Source: Alphaproteobacteria bacterium (GTDB lineage: Bacteria > Pseudomonadota > Alphaproteobacteria > SP197). Taken from it: 64,000 nt of DNA. The notes under the pieces were generated by a model. That model saw only the letters and a list, made by a program, of their open reading frames with translations. It did not search any database and was not told where the DNA came from. Location of the stretch: NCBI GenBank assembly GCA_964291265.2, contig OZ219747.1:2432001-2496000 (forward strand), given 5' to 3'. Shown in pieces: positions 10,567 through 20,112 of the stretch (the stretch's first letter is position 1; every line of letters starts with the position of its first letter). Made by a program: the position numbers and the translations under genes.

Positions 10567-11499
10567 TCAGCGGGCCAGGGCGTGTGGCAGTCTGAAGTGG
10601 ACATCCTCCTCGGAGACCCGGACGTCCCTGATTGTCACATCATGGTGGTCGCGCAGATACCCGAGCACGTCCTGAACGAGAGTCTCGGGCGCCGATGCAC
10701 CGGCCGTGAGACCGAGTGTCGACACGCCATCGAGATCAAGACCCGCCAGGTGGCAGGCATTCTCGATGAGACAGGCCCTTCCCGCCCCGGCCTTCAGCGC
10801 CTCTTCGACGAGCCTGGAGGAGTTCGACGATGCGGCGGACCCTACCACCAGAACCAGGTCGCTTTCGGGAGCGATGGCCCGCACGGCGGCCTGCCGATTG
10901 GTGGTGGCATAGCAGATGTCCTGTCGATGTGGTCCGTGGATGCCGGGAAAGCGTCTGCGGAGCACGTCGACGATATCCCTGGTGTCATCGACCGAGAGCG
11001 TTGTCTGGGTGATGTAGGCGAGTTCCTGATCGCCGCCGGGGTCCACGGATTCTGCTTCCTCGCGATTCTGCACCAGAAGGATGCTGTCTTCCGGCAGCTG
11101 CCCCATGGTGCCCACCACTTCCGGGTGCCCCTCGTGGCCGACGAGAATCATCCTGCGGCCCTTGCGGTGATGTTTCTGCGCCTCGATGTGGACCTTGGTG
11201 ACGAGCGGGCATGTCGCATCGAAGTGGACGAGGTTCCGCCGGCGCGCTTCCTCCGGCACCGCTTTCGGCACGCCGTGTGCCGAGAACACCACGGGCCGGT
11301 CGGTCTGCTCGATCTCTTCGAGTTCCTCGACGAACACCACACCCTTGGCTTCGAGGGACGCCACCACATGCCGGTTGTGGACGATTTCGTGCCGCACGTA
11401 GACCGGAGCGCCGTAGAGTTCGAGCGTTCGCTCGACGATCTCGATCGCCCGGTCGACACCGGCACAGCAACCCCTGGGACTGGCAAGGAGTATCTCCAT
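10567..11499 (-). CDS. ispH: 4-hydroxy-3-methylbut-2-enyl diphosphate reductase
   Basis: PRGCCAGVDRAI, EIVHN, FSAHG, DATCPLVTKVH, ICYATTNRQ, SSNS, TAGASAP. Confidence 0.97.
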   Translation of the reverse strand: MEILLASPRGCCAGVDRAIEIVERTLELYGAPVYVRHEIVHNRHVVASLEAKGVVFVEELEEIEQTDRPVVFSAHGVPKAVPEEARRRNLVHFDATCPLVTKVHIEAQKHHRKGRRMILVGHEGHPEVVGTMGQLPEDSILLVQNREEAESVDPGGDQELAYITQTTLSVDDTRDIVDVLRRRFPGIHGPHRQDICYATTNRQAAVRAIAPESDLVLVVGSAASSNSSRLVEEALKAGAGRACLIENACHLAGLDLDGVSTLGLTAGASAPETLVQDVLGYLRDHHDVTIRDVRVSEEDVHFRLPHALAR

Positions 11500-11587
11500 G
11501 ATCACATCGTTCTGCTTGTTTGCGGCGGCGCCGGGTTCTATTCTGGGACGCTAGACCATAACTTGCCGTGTGAGAGAAGGACAAGGC

Positions 11588-11830
11588 ATGAGTGAAGGTG
11601 CCGTCGTGGCCGCGAAATCTCCTTTCAAGGTGGAGCTCAAGGAAGGCGAAAGGCAGTTCTGGTGCAGTTGCGGTCGCAGCGCCCGGCAGCCTTTTTGCGA
11701 TGGTTCCCACAAGGGAACCGGCTTCGTGCCCATCACCTTCATCCCCGACAAGACGGGCACGGCCTGGCTGTGCGCCTGCAAGCGGACCGGGAACCGTCCC
11801 TACTGTGACGGTACCCACGGTTCTCTCTAG
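11588..11830 (+). CDS. CDGSH iron-sulfur domain protein (two CDGSH motifs, MiNT/CISD3-like)
   Basis: WCSCGRSARQPFCDGSH and LCACKRTGNRPYCDGTH. Confidence 0.93.
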   Translation: MSEGAVVAAKSPFKVELKEGERQFWCSCGRSARQPFCDGSHKGTGFVPITFIPDKTGTAWLCACKRTGNRPYCDGTHGSL

Positions 11831-11870
11831 GACCGTCCGTTCGTCGCGGTCCGCAGGCGGAACCGGAACC

Positions 11871-12443
11871 ATGCGATGCCGCCTGCCCCTGTCGGCAGCA
11901 TGTCGGCGACTTGTCACCGGGATTTGCCGGGGTTGGGCCATCGGGTCGTGTCTTCTCGTGCTGCCCGTCCTGCTCCATGCCTGTGCCGGTGAGGAGGTGT
12001 TGTCGGTCGAGGCCACCTGTCCCGACCTGCTGCTGGTGGCCGAGGCATCGCGTCTCGTCATCCATGGCGAAGGGGATGACGCGCCCGGCCATGTCGCGAG
12101 CATCGGCGGGCTGAGATGGTCATGTTCGTTCCTGCCGGAGAGTCACCGCGTGCGCCTCACCGCACATCTCGAAATCCGTGTGACGACAATGCCGCGCGAT
12201 GCGCCACGGGATGTCTCCTTCCCCTTGTTCGTGGCGCTCGAGGATCGGGAGGGCAGGATCATTTCCAAGAAGGCGGTCGAATCGCCCGTGCGCATTCTCC
12301 CGGGTTCGGGGGAGATCGTCTACAGCCAGGCGATCGATCAGGAGTTTGCCTATGCCCGCATGAGCGATGTCGCCGCGCACACGGTCTACACCGGTTTCCA
12401 GGTGAGTCCCGAGGACCTGGCACGGTCCCGGACGGGATCGTGA
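11871..12443 (+). CDS. Hypothetical protein, probable lipoprotein
   Basis: Hydrophobic stretch ending LHAC, then CP, a beta-rich body and a terminal GFQ; start codon uncertain. Confidence 0.6.
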   Translation: MRCRLPLSAACRRLVTGICRGWAIGSCLLVLPVLLHACAGEEVLSVEATCPDLLLVAEASRLVIHGEGDDAPGHVASIGGLRWSCSFLPESHRVRLTAHLEIRVTTMPRDAPRDVSFPLFVALEDREGRIISKKAVESPVRILPGSGEIVYSQAIDQEFAYARMSDVAAHTVYTGFQVSPEDLARSRTGS

Positions 12444-12535
12444 ACATCCTCGAGCCTGCATGCTGAGGCCGAGTCCCGGGATGTCGGTCCGGGACCTTTG
12501 CATGCGGCCGTGATTCAGCACAAGGACCCTGATCG

Positions 12536-13828
12536 ATGGCGAACGTCGTGGTTGTCGGCTCCCAGTGGGGAGACGAGGGCAAGGGAAAGATCGTCGACTG
12601 GCTTTCGGAACGCGCCGACGTCGTGGTGCGCTTCCAGGGCGGACACAATGCCGGCCACACACTCGAGGTGGGGAACCGTGTCTTCAGGCTGTCGTTGCTG
12701 CCCTCGGGCGTGGTGCGGCCCGGCAAGCTCTCGATTATCGGGAACGGCGTGGTCATCGACCCCTGGGCTCTCTTCCGCGAAATCGGGAAGATCGGCGAAC
12801 AGGGCGTGTCGGTCACACCCGAAAGCCTGCTGATTTCGGAGAGCGCCCATCTCATCCTGCCGTTTCATGGTGAACTCGACCGAGCCCGGGAGGCGGCGCG
12901 GCGCGATGCCGCCATCGGCACGACCGGGCGGGGTATCGGTCCGGCCTACGAGGACCGGGTGGCGCGTCGGGGCCTGCGCGTGTGTGACCTTGCCGATGAC
13001 GGGACACTCCAGGCGAAGCTCTCCGGTCTTGTCGATCATCACGACGTGCTGCGCCGTTCGCTGGGACTCGATGCGGTCGACCGGGACACGCTGATCACGG
13101 ACCTGCAGCGGGTTGCCGGGCCCCTGCTGGAGTTCTCCCGCCCCGTCTGGAAGGAACTCGATCAACTCCGCCGCAGCGGCAGACGCATTCTGTTCGAGGG
13201 AGCGCAAGGTCATTTTCTCGATGTCGATCACGGAACCTTTCCCTACGTGACATCGTCGAACACCCTGGCTGCTGCCGCGGCAACGGGCTCCGGGATTGGT
13301 TCCCACGCCCTTCACTATGTCCTGGGCATCACCAAGGCCTACACCACCAGGGTGGGTGCAGGACCCTTTCCCACGGAACAGGAGAACGATGTCGGCCGCA
13401 TACTCCGGGAGCGCGGCCAGGAGTTCGGTACGGTGACGGGACGGCCGCGGCGTTGTGGCTGGTTCGATGCCGTCATGGTTCGGCAGGCCATCAAGGTCGG
13501 TGGCATCCGGGGAATTGCATTGACCAAGCTCGACGTGCTGGACGGCATCGACGAAATCAGGGTCTGCACGAGGTATCGATGGCAGGGCCGCGATCTTGAC
13601 CATCTCCCTGCCATGTCGGTCCGGCAGGCCGAGGTGGAGGCGCGCTACGAGACCTTGGACGGTTGGCGGGAGAACACCCGAGGCGCTCGCTCATGGGGGG
13701 AGCTGCCGGCGACCTGCATCAAGTACGTCCGCCGCATCGAGGAACTGATCGAGGCTCCCGTGGCCCTTCTGTCAACCGGTCCGAATCGCGACGACACGAT
13801 TCGCGTGACCGATCCCTTTGCTGACTGA
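12536..13828 (+). CDS. purA: Adenylosuccinate synthetase
   Basis: [57 protein letters not shown]. Confidence 0.98.
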   Translation: MANVVVVGSQWGDEGKGKIVDWLSERADVVVRFQGGHNAGHTLEVGNRVFRLSLLPSGVVRPGKLSIIGNGVVIDPWALFREIGKIGEQGVSVTPESLLISESAHLILPFHGELDRAREAARRDAAIGTTGRGIGPAYEDRVARRGLRVCDLADDGTLQAKLSGLVDHHDVLRRSLGLDAVDRDTLITDLQRVAGPLLEFSRPVWKELDQLRRSGRRILFEGAQGHFLDVDHGTFPYVTSSNTLAAAAATGSGIGSHALHYVLGITKAYTTRVGAGPFPTEQENDVGRILRERGQEFGTVTGRPRRCGWFDAVMVRQAIKVGGIRGIALTKLDVLDGIDEIRVCTRYRWQGRDLDHLPAMSVRQAEVEARYETLDGWRENTRGARSWGELPATCIKYVRRIEELIEAPVALLSTGPNRDDTIRVTDPFAD

Positions 13829-13831
13829 CGT

Positions 13832-14719
13832 TCAGGCGTCGGCGACACGCATGCGTTCCGCCGCCGCCTTGTGCATGGCCTTCTGGATCTTCTCGAACGC
13901 ACGGGCCTCGATCTGGCGAACCCTCTCCCGGCTGATGCCATACTCGCGCGAGAGATCCTCGAGGGTCTTGGGGTCTTCCGAGAGGCGGCGTTCGACAAGG
14001 ATGTGGCGTTCGCGGACGTTCAGGATCTCCATGGCGTCGGCGAGGAGTTCACGGCGTGTTTCCAGTTCCTCCGACTCGCCGAGGGTCTCTTCCTGGTTCT
14101 TCCGGTCATCGACCAGAAAGTCCATCCATTCGCCGTCGCCGCCTGGCTGCAGCGGAGCATTCAGGGAGTGATCCGGACCGGAAAGACGCCGGTTCATGCT
14201 GATGACGTCCTGCTCCGTCACGTCGAGACGCGATGCGATTTCCTGCACTGTCTCGAGGGGCAGATCTCCATCATCGATCGCCTGAAGCTGGCGCTTGATT
14301 TTCCGCAGGTTGAAGAACAGTTTCTTCTGCGCCGCAGTCGTGCCGATCTTGACCAGCGACCAGGAGTGAAGGATGTACTCCTGGATGGCGGCACGGATCC
14401 ACCACATGGCATAGGTGGCAAGACGGAAGCCCCTGTCAGGGTCGAACCGCTTGACCGCCTGCATGAGGCCGACATTGCCCTCGGAAATGAGTTCGGCCAG
14501 AGGAAGGCCGTAGCCCCGGTAACCCATGGCGATCTTGGCGACAAGGCGCAGATGGCTGGTGACAAGCCGGTGGGCCGCATCGACATCGCCGGCGTCGCGC
14601 CACCGCTTGGCCAGCTCGAACTCCTGGTCGGCCTCCAGCATCGGGAATTTCCTGATTTCCCTCAGATAACCGGAGAGACTGCTTTCCGGCGTCAGCGCCG
14701 GAAGATCTGCACGCGCCAT
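13832..14719 (-). CDS. rpoH: RNA polymerase sigma factor RpoH (sigma-32)
   Basis: [17 protein letters not shown], RpoH box [19 protein letters not shown]. Confidence 0.96.
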   Translation of the reverse strand: MARADLPALTPESSLSGYLREIRKFPMLEADQEFELAKRWRDAGDVDAAHRLVTSHLRLVAKIAMGYRGYGLPLAELISEGNVGLMQAVKRFDPDRGFRLATYAMWWIRAAIQEYILHSWSLVKIGTTAAQKKLFFNLRKIKRQLQAIDDGDLPLETVQEIASRLDVTEQDVISMNRRLSGPDHSLNAPLQPGGDGEWMDFLVDDRKNQEETLGESEELETRRELLADAMEILNVRERHILVERRLSEDPKTLEDLSREYGISRERVRQIEARAFEKIQKAMHKAAAERMRVADA

Positions 14720-14990
14720 GAGTTCCTTGTTCCCTTGAGCGCCGCCATCGTACCACGGCTGCGAAGTTCTTCATGCATGCGCCGCCTGCACTGCAGGACT
14801 GTCTGCGGCGCATTGCATTCGATGCAGGACCGGGGACGGCTGTCGCGATCCTGGAACCGTTTCCGCGCAGCCGTGGTGGCGACTCCTCCACGCCCATGAC
14901 CTTCGCGTCCCTCACGATCCGCAGTCCTTGTGGCCCCGAGTTCCGGGCAGGGCCTCGAGATGCTCGCCCGACCTGAAGAGGCCGGGCCGG

Positions 14991-15920
14991 CTAGTCCCGG
15001 CCTGCCTGCGGACTGTCGAGGCAGTCGATGAAGGCGAGGATGTCCGGGGGAAGTTCGGAGCGGTACTCGAGGTAGTCGCCCGTTGCCGGATGATGGAACC
15101 CGAGGGTGGCCGCATGGAGGGCCTGGCGCGCCATGCGCGCGGACCTGCCGCCATAGAGAGTATCGCCCAGCACGGGGTGACCTTTCGAGGCCGTGTGAAC
15201 GCGAATCTGGTGCGTTCTTCCGGTGGCGAGAGAACACCGCAGAAGTGTCGCTGAACGGCCCCAGTTGCGGTGTGTCCGGTAGCGCGTCAGAGCCGGCTTG
15301 CCTCCTTCCCGGACGGCCATGCGCTTGCGATGGCGGGCATCGCGCCCGATGGCGCCGGTGATCTCTCCGGCAGGAGGAAGCATGCGCCCCCTGACGAGGG
15401 CAAGGTACTCCCTCGCGATGCGGCGGGCGGACAGCTCCGCCGAGAGCCTGATGTGGGCATCGTCGGTCTTGGCAACGACCATCAGACCGCTGGTGTCCTT
15501 GTCGAGGCGGTGAACGATGCCCGGACGGGCTTCTCCGCCGATGCCGGAAAGGGAGTCCCCGCAGTGGGACAGCAATGCGTGGACGAGGGTTCCACTGGCA
15601 TGACCGGCGCCGGGATGGACCACGAGTCCGGCCGGCTTGTCGATGACGAGAAGATGATCGTCCTCGTGGATGATGACGAGCGGAATGTCCTCGGCCGCCA
15701 GGGCGGGCTCGGCCGGCGGCGGCACCCGAAGAACAAGGAGGTCCTCCGGTTTGACCCCCAGGGATGTCTCCGTTACCGTCCGGCCGCCGCTGGTCAGACA
15801 TCCCTTCTGGATGAGGGCCTTGATCCGGGTTCGCGACAGGTTCGCAAAGGCCTGGGCGAGGACCCTGTCGATCCTGTCTCCCGCCTCTTCGGTGGTGACG
15901 GTATGTTCGCGTATCTCCAT
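14991..15920 (-). CDS. rluD: RluA/RluD family 23S rRNA pseudouridine synthase
   Basis: S4-like N-terminus, KPAGLVVHP, IVHRLDKDTSG, TGRTHQIRVH, QALHA; upstream of rpoH as in many alphaproteobacteria. Confidence 0.9.
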   Translation of the reverse strand: MEIREHTVTTEEAGDRIDRVLAQAFANLSRTRIKALIQKGCLTSGGRTVTETSLGVKPEDLLVLRVPPPAEPALAAEDIPLVIIHEDDHLLVIDKPAGLVVHPGAGHASGTLVHALLSHCGDSLSGIGGEARPGIVHRLDKDTSGLMVVAKTDDAHIRLSAELSARRIAREYLALVRGRMLPPAGEITGAIGRDARHRKRMAVREGGKPALTRYRTHRNWGRSATLLRCSLATGRTHQIRVHTASKGHPVLGDTLYGGRSARMARQALHAATLGFHHPATGDYLEYRSELPPDILAFIDCLDSPQAGRD

Positions 15921-15962
15921 CGTGACGCCACCATAATCCGAGAATCCCTGTCGGGAACCAGA

Positions 15963-16262
15963 ATGGAACGCTTCCTGTCCATGATCAAAGCCGTTGTCAT
16001 CGGGCTTGGCGTCCTCATCGTCGTGCTCACGGGCGTCCTTGTCGCCGGTGTCCTCGACCGGGGCAGCGACACCACGCCGATCGGTGACCACAGGGACGGC
16101 GCCGTCGCCCTGCCGGCGGGTTCCAGGGTGCTTTCCATCGCCTCGGATGACAGTCGGCTGTCGCTGCTCCTCGAACTGGCGTCCGGTTCCCGGGTTGTCC
16201 TGACCATCGATGGCCTCACCGGGGAACCGCTCTCCACGCTCGAGCTCATTCCCCGCCCCTGA
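15963..16262 (+). CDS. Small membrane-anchored hypothetical protein
   Basis: N-terminal TM helix followed by short beta strands; divergent from rluD. Confidence 0.65.
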   Translation: MERFLSMIKAVVIGLGVLIVVLTGVLVAGVLDRGSDTTPIGDHRDGAVALPAGSRVLSIASDDSRLSLLLELASGSRVVLTIDGLTGEPLSTLELIPRP

Positions 16263-16473
16263 TCAGGTGCGCACCCCTGGTCGCCGTTGACGCAGGGGGC
16301 CATGGTGCCGTCGAGGCCGGTCCTGTCAGGGGGCGGCGGACCTGAGTTCCCCATTCCCGTTGGTTCGGGGCTCCCCGCCGTGGTCAGTGGACGTATCCTG
16401 CGTTCATGCGTCCTCTGTGTTGTGTGCGCCTGGCGCCGGGGGGTAGGTTGTCGTGACGGACCGGGAACCGTTC

Positions 16474-18075
16474 ATGGCGAGGTACTTTCTGACGAAGACG
16501 CCGGTTGATCCGGGTTCCCTTGTGGAGGTCGGTGGGGCTCCGGTTCTGGCGCGCCATGATGTGCTGATGCAGGCGTTGTCGGGGGTGGCGGAGCCTGCGA
16601 GCGCGAGTGTTCTGGCGGAGCCTGTGCTCAGTCTTGGCAACGACCGGGCGGCGGCGACGGTGTCGTGGTACACCAGCCATGCCGGTGAGGCGCAGCGTCT
16701 GTCGGACCTGGACCCTGACCGCCGTGAGGCGGTGGAGTCTGTGTTGCGCGTGCGCCTGGCGGATGTTGCCCGTGGCCTGTCGGATCCCACGTTCGGGGCC
16801 CTGGTGGGCGGTGCGCTCAATGTGATGGACCCTGGCGATGTGTGGGTTGTGTCAGGTCAGCCGGTTGTGGTGGGCTGGGGCATGGCGCCCGGTGATGTGG
16901 CGCGGGATCGGCATTTTGCGGCGACCATGGGGCGGTGGCTTGCGTTGGCGCCGCGGGATGCGCCGTTGCCGCCTGCGGAGAGGGCTGATGTGCCGCCACC
17001 CCCTCCTCCTCCGCCCGTGGTGACGGCAGGGGGAGGCGGCGTCTGGCGCTGGGTGCCTCTGGCGCTGCTGTTGCTCGTGACGGCGGCGGTGCTGGTGTGG
17101 TTGCTTCTGCCGGGCACGCGGGTGCTGCCTCCGGAGCCCCGGGAAGGAGTTGTGGGGGATGCCGAGGCGCTGCGCATGGTGCGCGAGGCGAACGCCGCCC
17201 TGGAGAGCCGGATCGTGGAACTCGAGATGGCGATTGCCGGTGCGGTGTGTCTTGCCGATGGCGAGCTGGAGTTGCCGGACGGGCGCCGTCCCGAGGACAT
17301 CCTGCCGCCGCTTCCCGGAGTTGCCGAGGCGCCGTCGGGTTCCCGCCGGGGCGAGTCGGAGGCGTCCCTGGCGGAGCCGGCGACGCTTCTGGAGTTGATC
17401 GAGGAGCGCACGGTCATGGTGGTGGCCGGTGACGGTGAGAGGCTGAGCCTGGGGAGCGGTTTCTTTGTTGCCGGGGATCTGGTGATGACCAACGAGCACG
17501 TGGTGTCGGGCAAGGGGGGGATCGGTGTTCTCAACAGGTCTCTTGGGTTCCTGCATCGGGCCGAGGTTGTGGGCCTTGACGGTCCCATTGAGGCGACGGG
17601 CGGCGACTTTGCGCTGTTGCGCGTGGCGGATGCGGACCAGCCGTTCTTTTCCTTCGTGGAGGCCGAGGGTTCGCTGCGTCTTCAGTCTGTCATTGCGGCG
17701 GGCTATCCCGATCTCATCGTGAGTTCGGATGCGGCGTTCATTGCCCTGATGGAGGGTGATGCCGCCTCGATTCCGGATGTGGCGCTGACGGAGGGGATTG
17801 TCAGCGCGGAACAGGCTCTCCGGGCGGCCCCGGGTGTTGTGGCGGACGTGTTGATTCACACGGCGGACATATCCAGGGGCAATTCCGGCGGTCCGCTGAT
17901 TGACCGGTGTGGCCGCGTGGTGGGGGTCAACACGCTGACGCGTTCGGACGACGAGGTGATGCGGCGTCTCGACATTGCGCTGCGGGCGTCGGGCGCCGTG
18001 GACTTTCTTGAGGCGGCGGGTGTTCCCGTGGTGTCGGGCGGGGAGGCGTGCGCGCCCGCGGCGCCTGACGGGTGA
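16474..18075 (+). CDS. SrfA-like N-terminal domain + TM + trypsin-like (S1) serine protease
   Basis: Catalytic triad GSGFFV...TNEHVV (H), GDFALL (D), GNSGGPL (S); poly-Pro linker and TM; N-terminus is paralogous to 18919..20112. Confidence 0.85.
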   Translation: MARYFLTKTPVDPGSLVEVGGAPVLARHDVLMQALSGVAEPASASVLAEPVLSLGNDRAAATVSWYTSHAGEAQRLSDLDPDRREAVESVLRVRLADVARGLSDPTFGALVGGALNVMDPGDVWVVSGQPVVVGWGMAPGDVARDRHFAATMGRWLALAPRDAPLPPAERADVPPPPPPPPVVTAGGGGVWRWVPLALLLLVTAAVLVWLLLPGTRVLPPEPREGVVGDAEALRMVREANAALESRIVELEMAIAGAVCLADGELELPDGRRPEDILPPLPGVAEAPSGSRRGESEASLAEPATLLELIEERTVMVVAGDGERLSLGSGFFVAGDLVMTNEHVVSGKGGIGVLNRSLGFLHRAEVVGLDGPIEATGGDFALLRVADADQPFFSFVEAEGSLRLQSVIAAGYPDLIVSSDAAFIALMEGDAASIPDVALTEGIVSAEQALRAAPGVVADVLIHTADISRGNSGGPLIDRCGRVVGVNTLTRSDDEVMRRLDIALRASGAVDFLEAAGVPVVSGGEACAPAAPDG

Positions 18076-18902
18076 GGGGGCGTGGCGGCCTTGTGGCGGC
18101 GTTGGTCGGGGTGCCGGTGCTTGTCGTGCTGGCGCTGTGGATTGCCTCGCTTCTTCTGGAGAGTTGCGCCCTTGGTCCACTGACCCGCTGGCTGGGCGCC
18201 TGTCCGTCGGCGGCGGTCGGCGTCTCGGGTGACCTCGATGCCGAGATGGAGCACACCGGCCGCCTGGAGGACCGGGTGCGTCGGCTTGAACGCCATCTGG
18301 CGCTGTTGCGCGACTGTCCCCGGGTGCTGCCGGAGCCGCCCCCCGCAGGCCCGCAGCCCGTGCCTGCGCAGGAGCCTTCTGCGCCCCCGGAAGAACCGCT
18401 CCCCGCAGACGATTCCGACCCGCCGGAGGAGGACCGGTTGCCGGCGGCAGACGAGGAGTCGTCGGAATTCGACGAGAGGCTGGAAGACCAGGAGGGAGAG
18501 GTCAGCGAGGAGTTGACGGTGACGCTCATCTGGAATGATGAATCCGATCTCGACCTTGAAGTGCACTGCCCCGGAGGCGGGGCGGTGGGGGTCGTTGCGC
18601 AGGGCTGTGGCGGCGGCATTCTCGACGTGGACGCCAACGGATATGGATCCGGAGGCCTGAGGATGATGGCAAGGCCTGTGGAGAACATCCGTTTTCGCAG
18701 AGAGGCGCCGGAAGGAGAATACTGGGTCCGCATCTTCATTGCGGAAGCCTACGAGACGTCCCGAGGAGATGATCGCCGGCGCAACCTGGGACGCCATCCG
18801 TTCAGTGTCAGGGTCATCTCGCGGGGAGAAGCGACAGTGTTCGAGGGTTTTCATGAAGGCCTCGGTCGTGGTGATGTCTGGCTGAGTTTCACCCACGAGT
18901 GA
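18072..18902 (+). CDS. Membrane protein with coiled coil and C-terminal DUF2135/YfaP-like domain
   Basis: N-terminal TM, acidic Pro-rich linker, VTLIWNDESDLDLEVHCP...LDVDAN...PVENI...GEYWV. Confidence 0.7.
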   Translation: MRGRGGLVAALVGVPVLVVLALWIASLLLESCALGPLTRWLGACPSAAVGVSGDLDAEMEHTGRLEDRVRRLERHLALLRDCPRVLPEPPPAGPQPVPAQEPSAPPEEPLPADDSDPPEEDRLPAADEESSEFDERLEDQEGEVSEELTVTLIWNDESDLDLEVHCPGGGAVGVVAQGCGGGILDVDANGYGSGGLRMMARPVENIRFRREAPEGEYWVRIFIAEAYETSRGDDRRRNLGRHPFSVRVISRGEATVFEGFHEGLGRGDVWLSFTHE

Positions 18903-18918
18903 GGGAAACACCGCATCG

Positions 18919-20112
18919 ATGCCCGAAACCCTTGTGACCCGTACCTATGCGGAGGGCCTGAGACCGCTCGGGACCGCATCGCAACGCAACCCCGCGCTGA
19001 TCGCGGAGACCTTGCGGGTCCATCTCACCCCGGCCCACGTCCTGCTCTTCTGCGAGCCGTCACCGACGCCGGACGGCGTGGCGACGGACTGGTACGCGCA
19101 GTGCGTCGGGGCTGTGCGACAACTCGACAGTCTCGAGGGGGACGAGGCTTCCACTGCCCGCACGCGGCTGGGCGAGCTGGTCGGGGATATCCTCGCCCTT
19201 GCCGATCGTCTGGAGGCTGTCGGCGGCCAGTCGGACCGGCGTCTGGCGGAGGCACTGCGCAATGGCGTGGAGGTGCCGGCCAGCGATGCCATCTGGCTCA
19301 TGGGCGATCAGCCCCTCCTTGTCACCTGGGGCTACGCGCGCGATATCGACAAGGCGCCTCGTGGCATCATACGCCGGTTCATACCCGCAAGACCTCCTCC
19401 GCCCCCGCCACCCCCGTCCAGGGTCGTCGGGGATGCCGTGGCCGCGCCCGGCCGGCAAGGATCCGCGCCCGACGTCCTGTGGTGGCTGGGCTGGCTTCTC
19501 CTGACGGTGCTCGTCATGCTGGTGTTCTGGCTGCTGGTCGCGCCTTGCGCCGTGGTGCTGCCGGGCCTGGCGCCCTTCGGCAGGTGTCCGCCCGTCCCCT
19601 CGATGGCGCTCGTGGAGGAACGGCAAGTCCTCGACACACTCGAGAATCGCGTCGCCATGCTGGAACGTGAACTCGCTCTTCTCGACGGAAACTGCCGGGA
19701 AGAGCCCGACGAGGCGACCGATATCGTCCTCCAGGAAGGCGGGACCATGGGGGCCGTCAACATCATCCTGTCCTGGCAGGGCAGCGCCGATCTCGACCTT
19801 TCGGTGAGCTGCCCCGGTGGCGGAGTGATCGATTTCCGGAACAAGCAGGCCTGTGGCGGCGAGCTCGACATCGATGCCAACGTCGGCTTCACGATGCCGG
19901 CACCGGTCGAGAACGTCGTTTTCGACGACATGCCGAGCGCCGGAACCTACCCGGTCCAGGTCCATCTCCATGATTACCGGAACGATGACCCGGGCGCGCC
20001 GAGGCACTTCACGCTGACCGTCGTCATTGACGGCGAGGAAACGGTTCACAATGGTACTGTCGACGGTGACAATGCACGTTGGCGCACGGACATCGTGATG
20101 GGAGGCGTCTGA
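18919..20112 (+). CDS. SrfA-like membrane protein with C-terminal DUF2135/YfaP-like domain
   Basis: Immediately precedes srfB; EP...DWY...PLLVTWG N-domain, poly-Pro, TM, LSWQGSADLDL...LDIDAN...PVENV. Confidence 0.7.
   Translation: MPETLVTRTYAEGLRPLGTASQRNPALIAETLRVHLTPAHVLLFCEPSPTPDGVATDWYAQCVGAVRQLDSLEGDEASTARTRLGELVGDILALADRLEAVGGQSDRRLAEALRNGVEVPASDAIWLMGDQPLLVTWGYARDIDKAPRGIIRRFIPARPPPPPPPPSRVVGDAVAAPGRQGSAPDVLWWLGWLLLTVLVMLVFWLLVAPCAVVLPGLAPFGRCPPVPSMALVEERQVLDTLENRVAMLERELALLDGNCREEPDEATDIVLQEGGTMGAVNIILSWQGSADLDLSVSCPGGGVIDFRNKQACGGELDIDANVGFTMPAPVENVVFDDMPSAGTYPVQVHLHDYRNDDPGAPRHFTLTVVIDGEETVHNGTVDGDNARWRTDIVMGGV

Noticed and set aside
16990-19420. C-rich tracts as DNA repeats or contingency loci
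   Set aside because: They encode poly-proline linkers with mixed codons.
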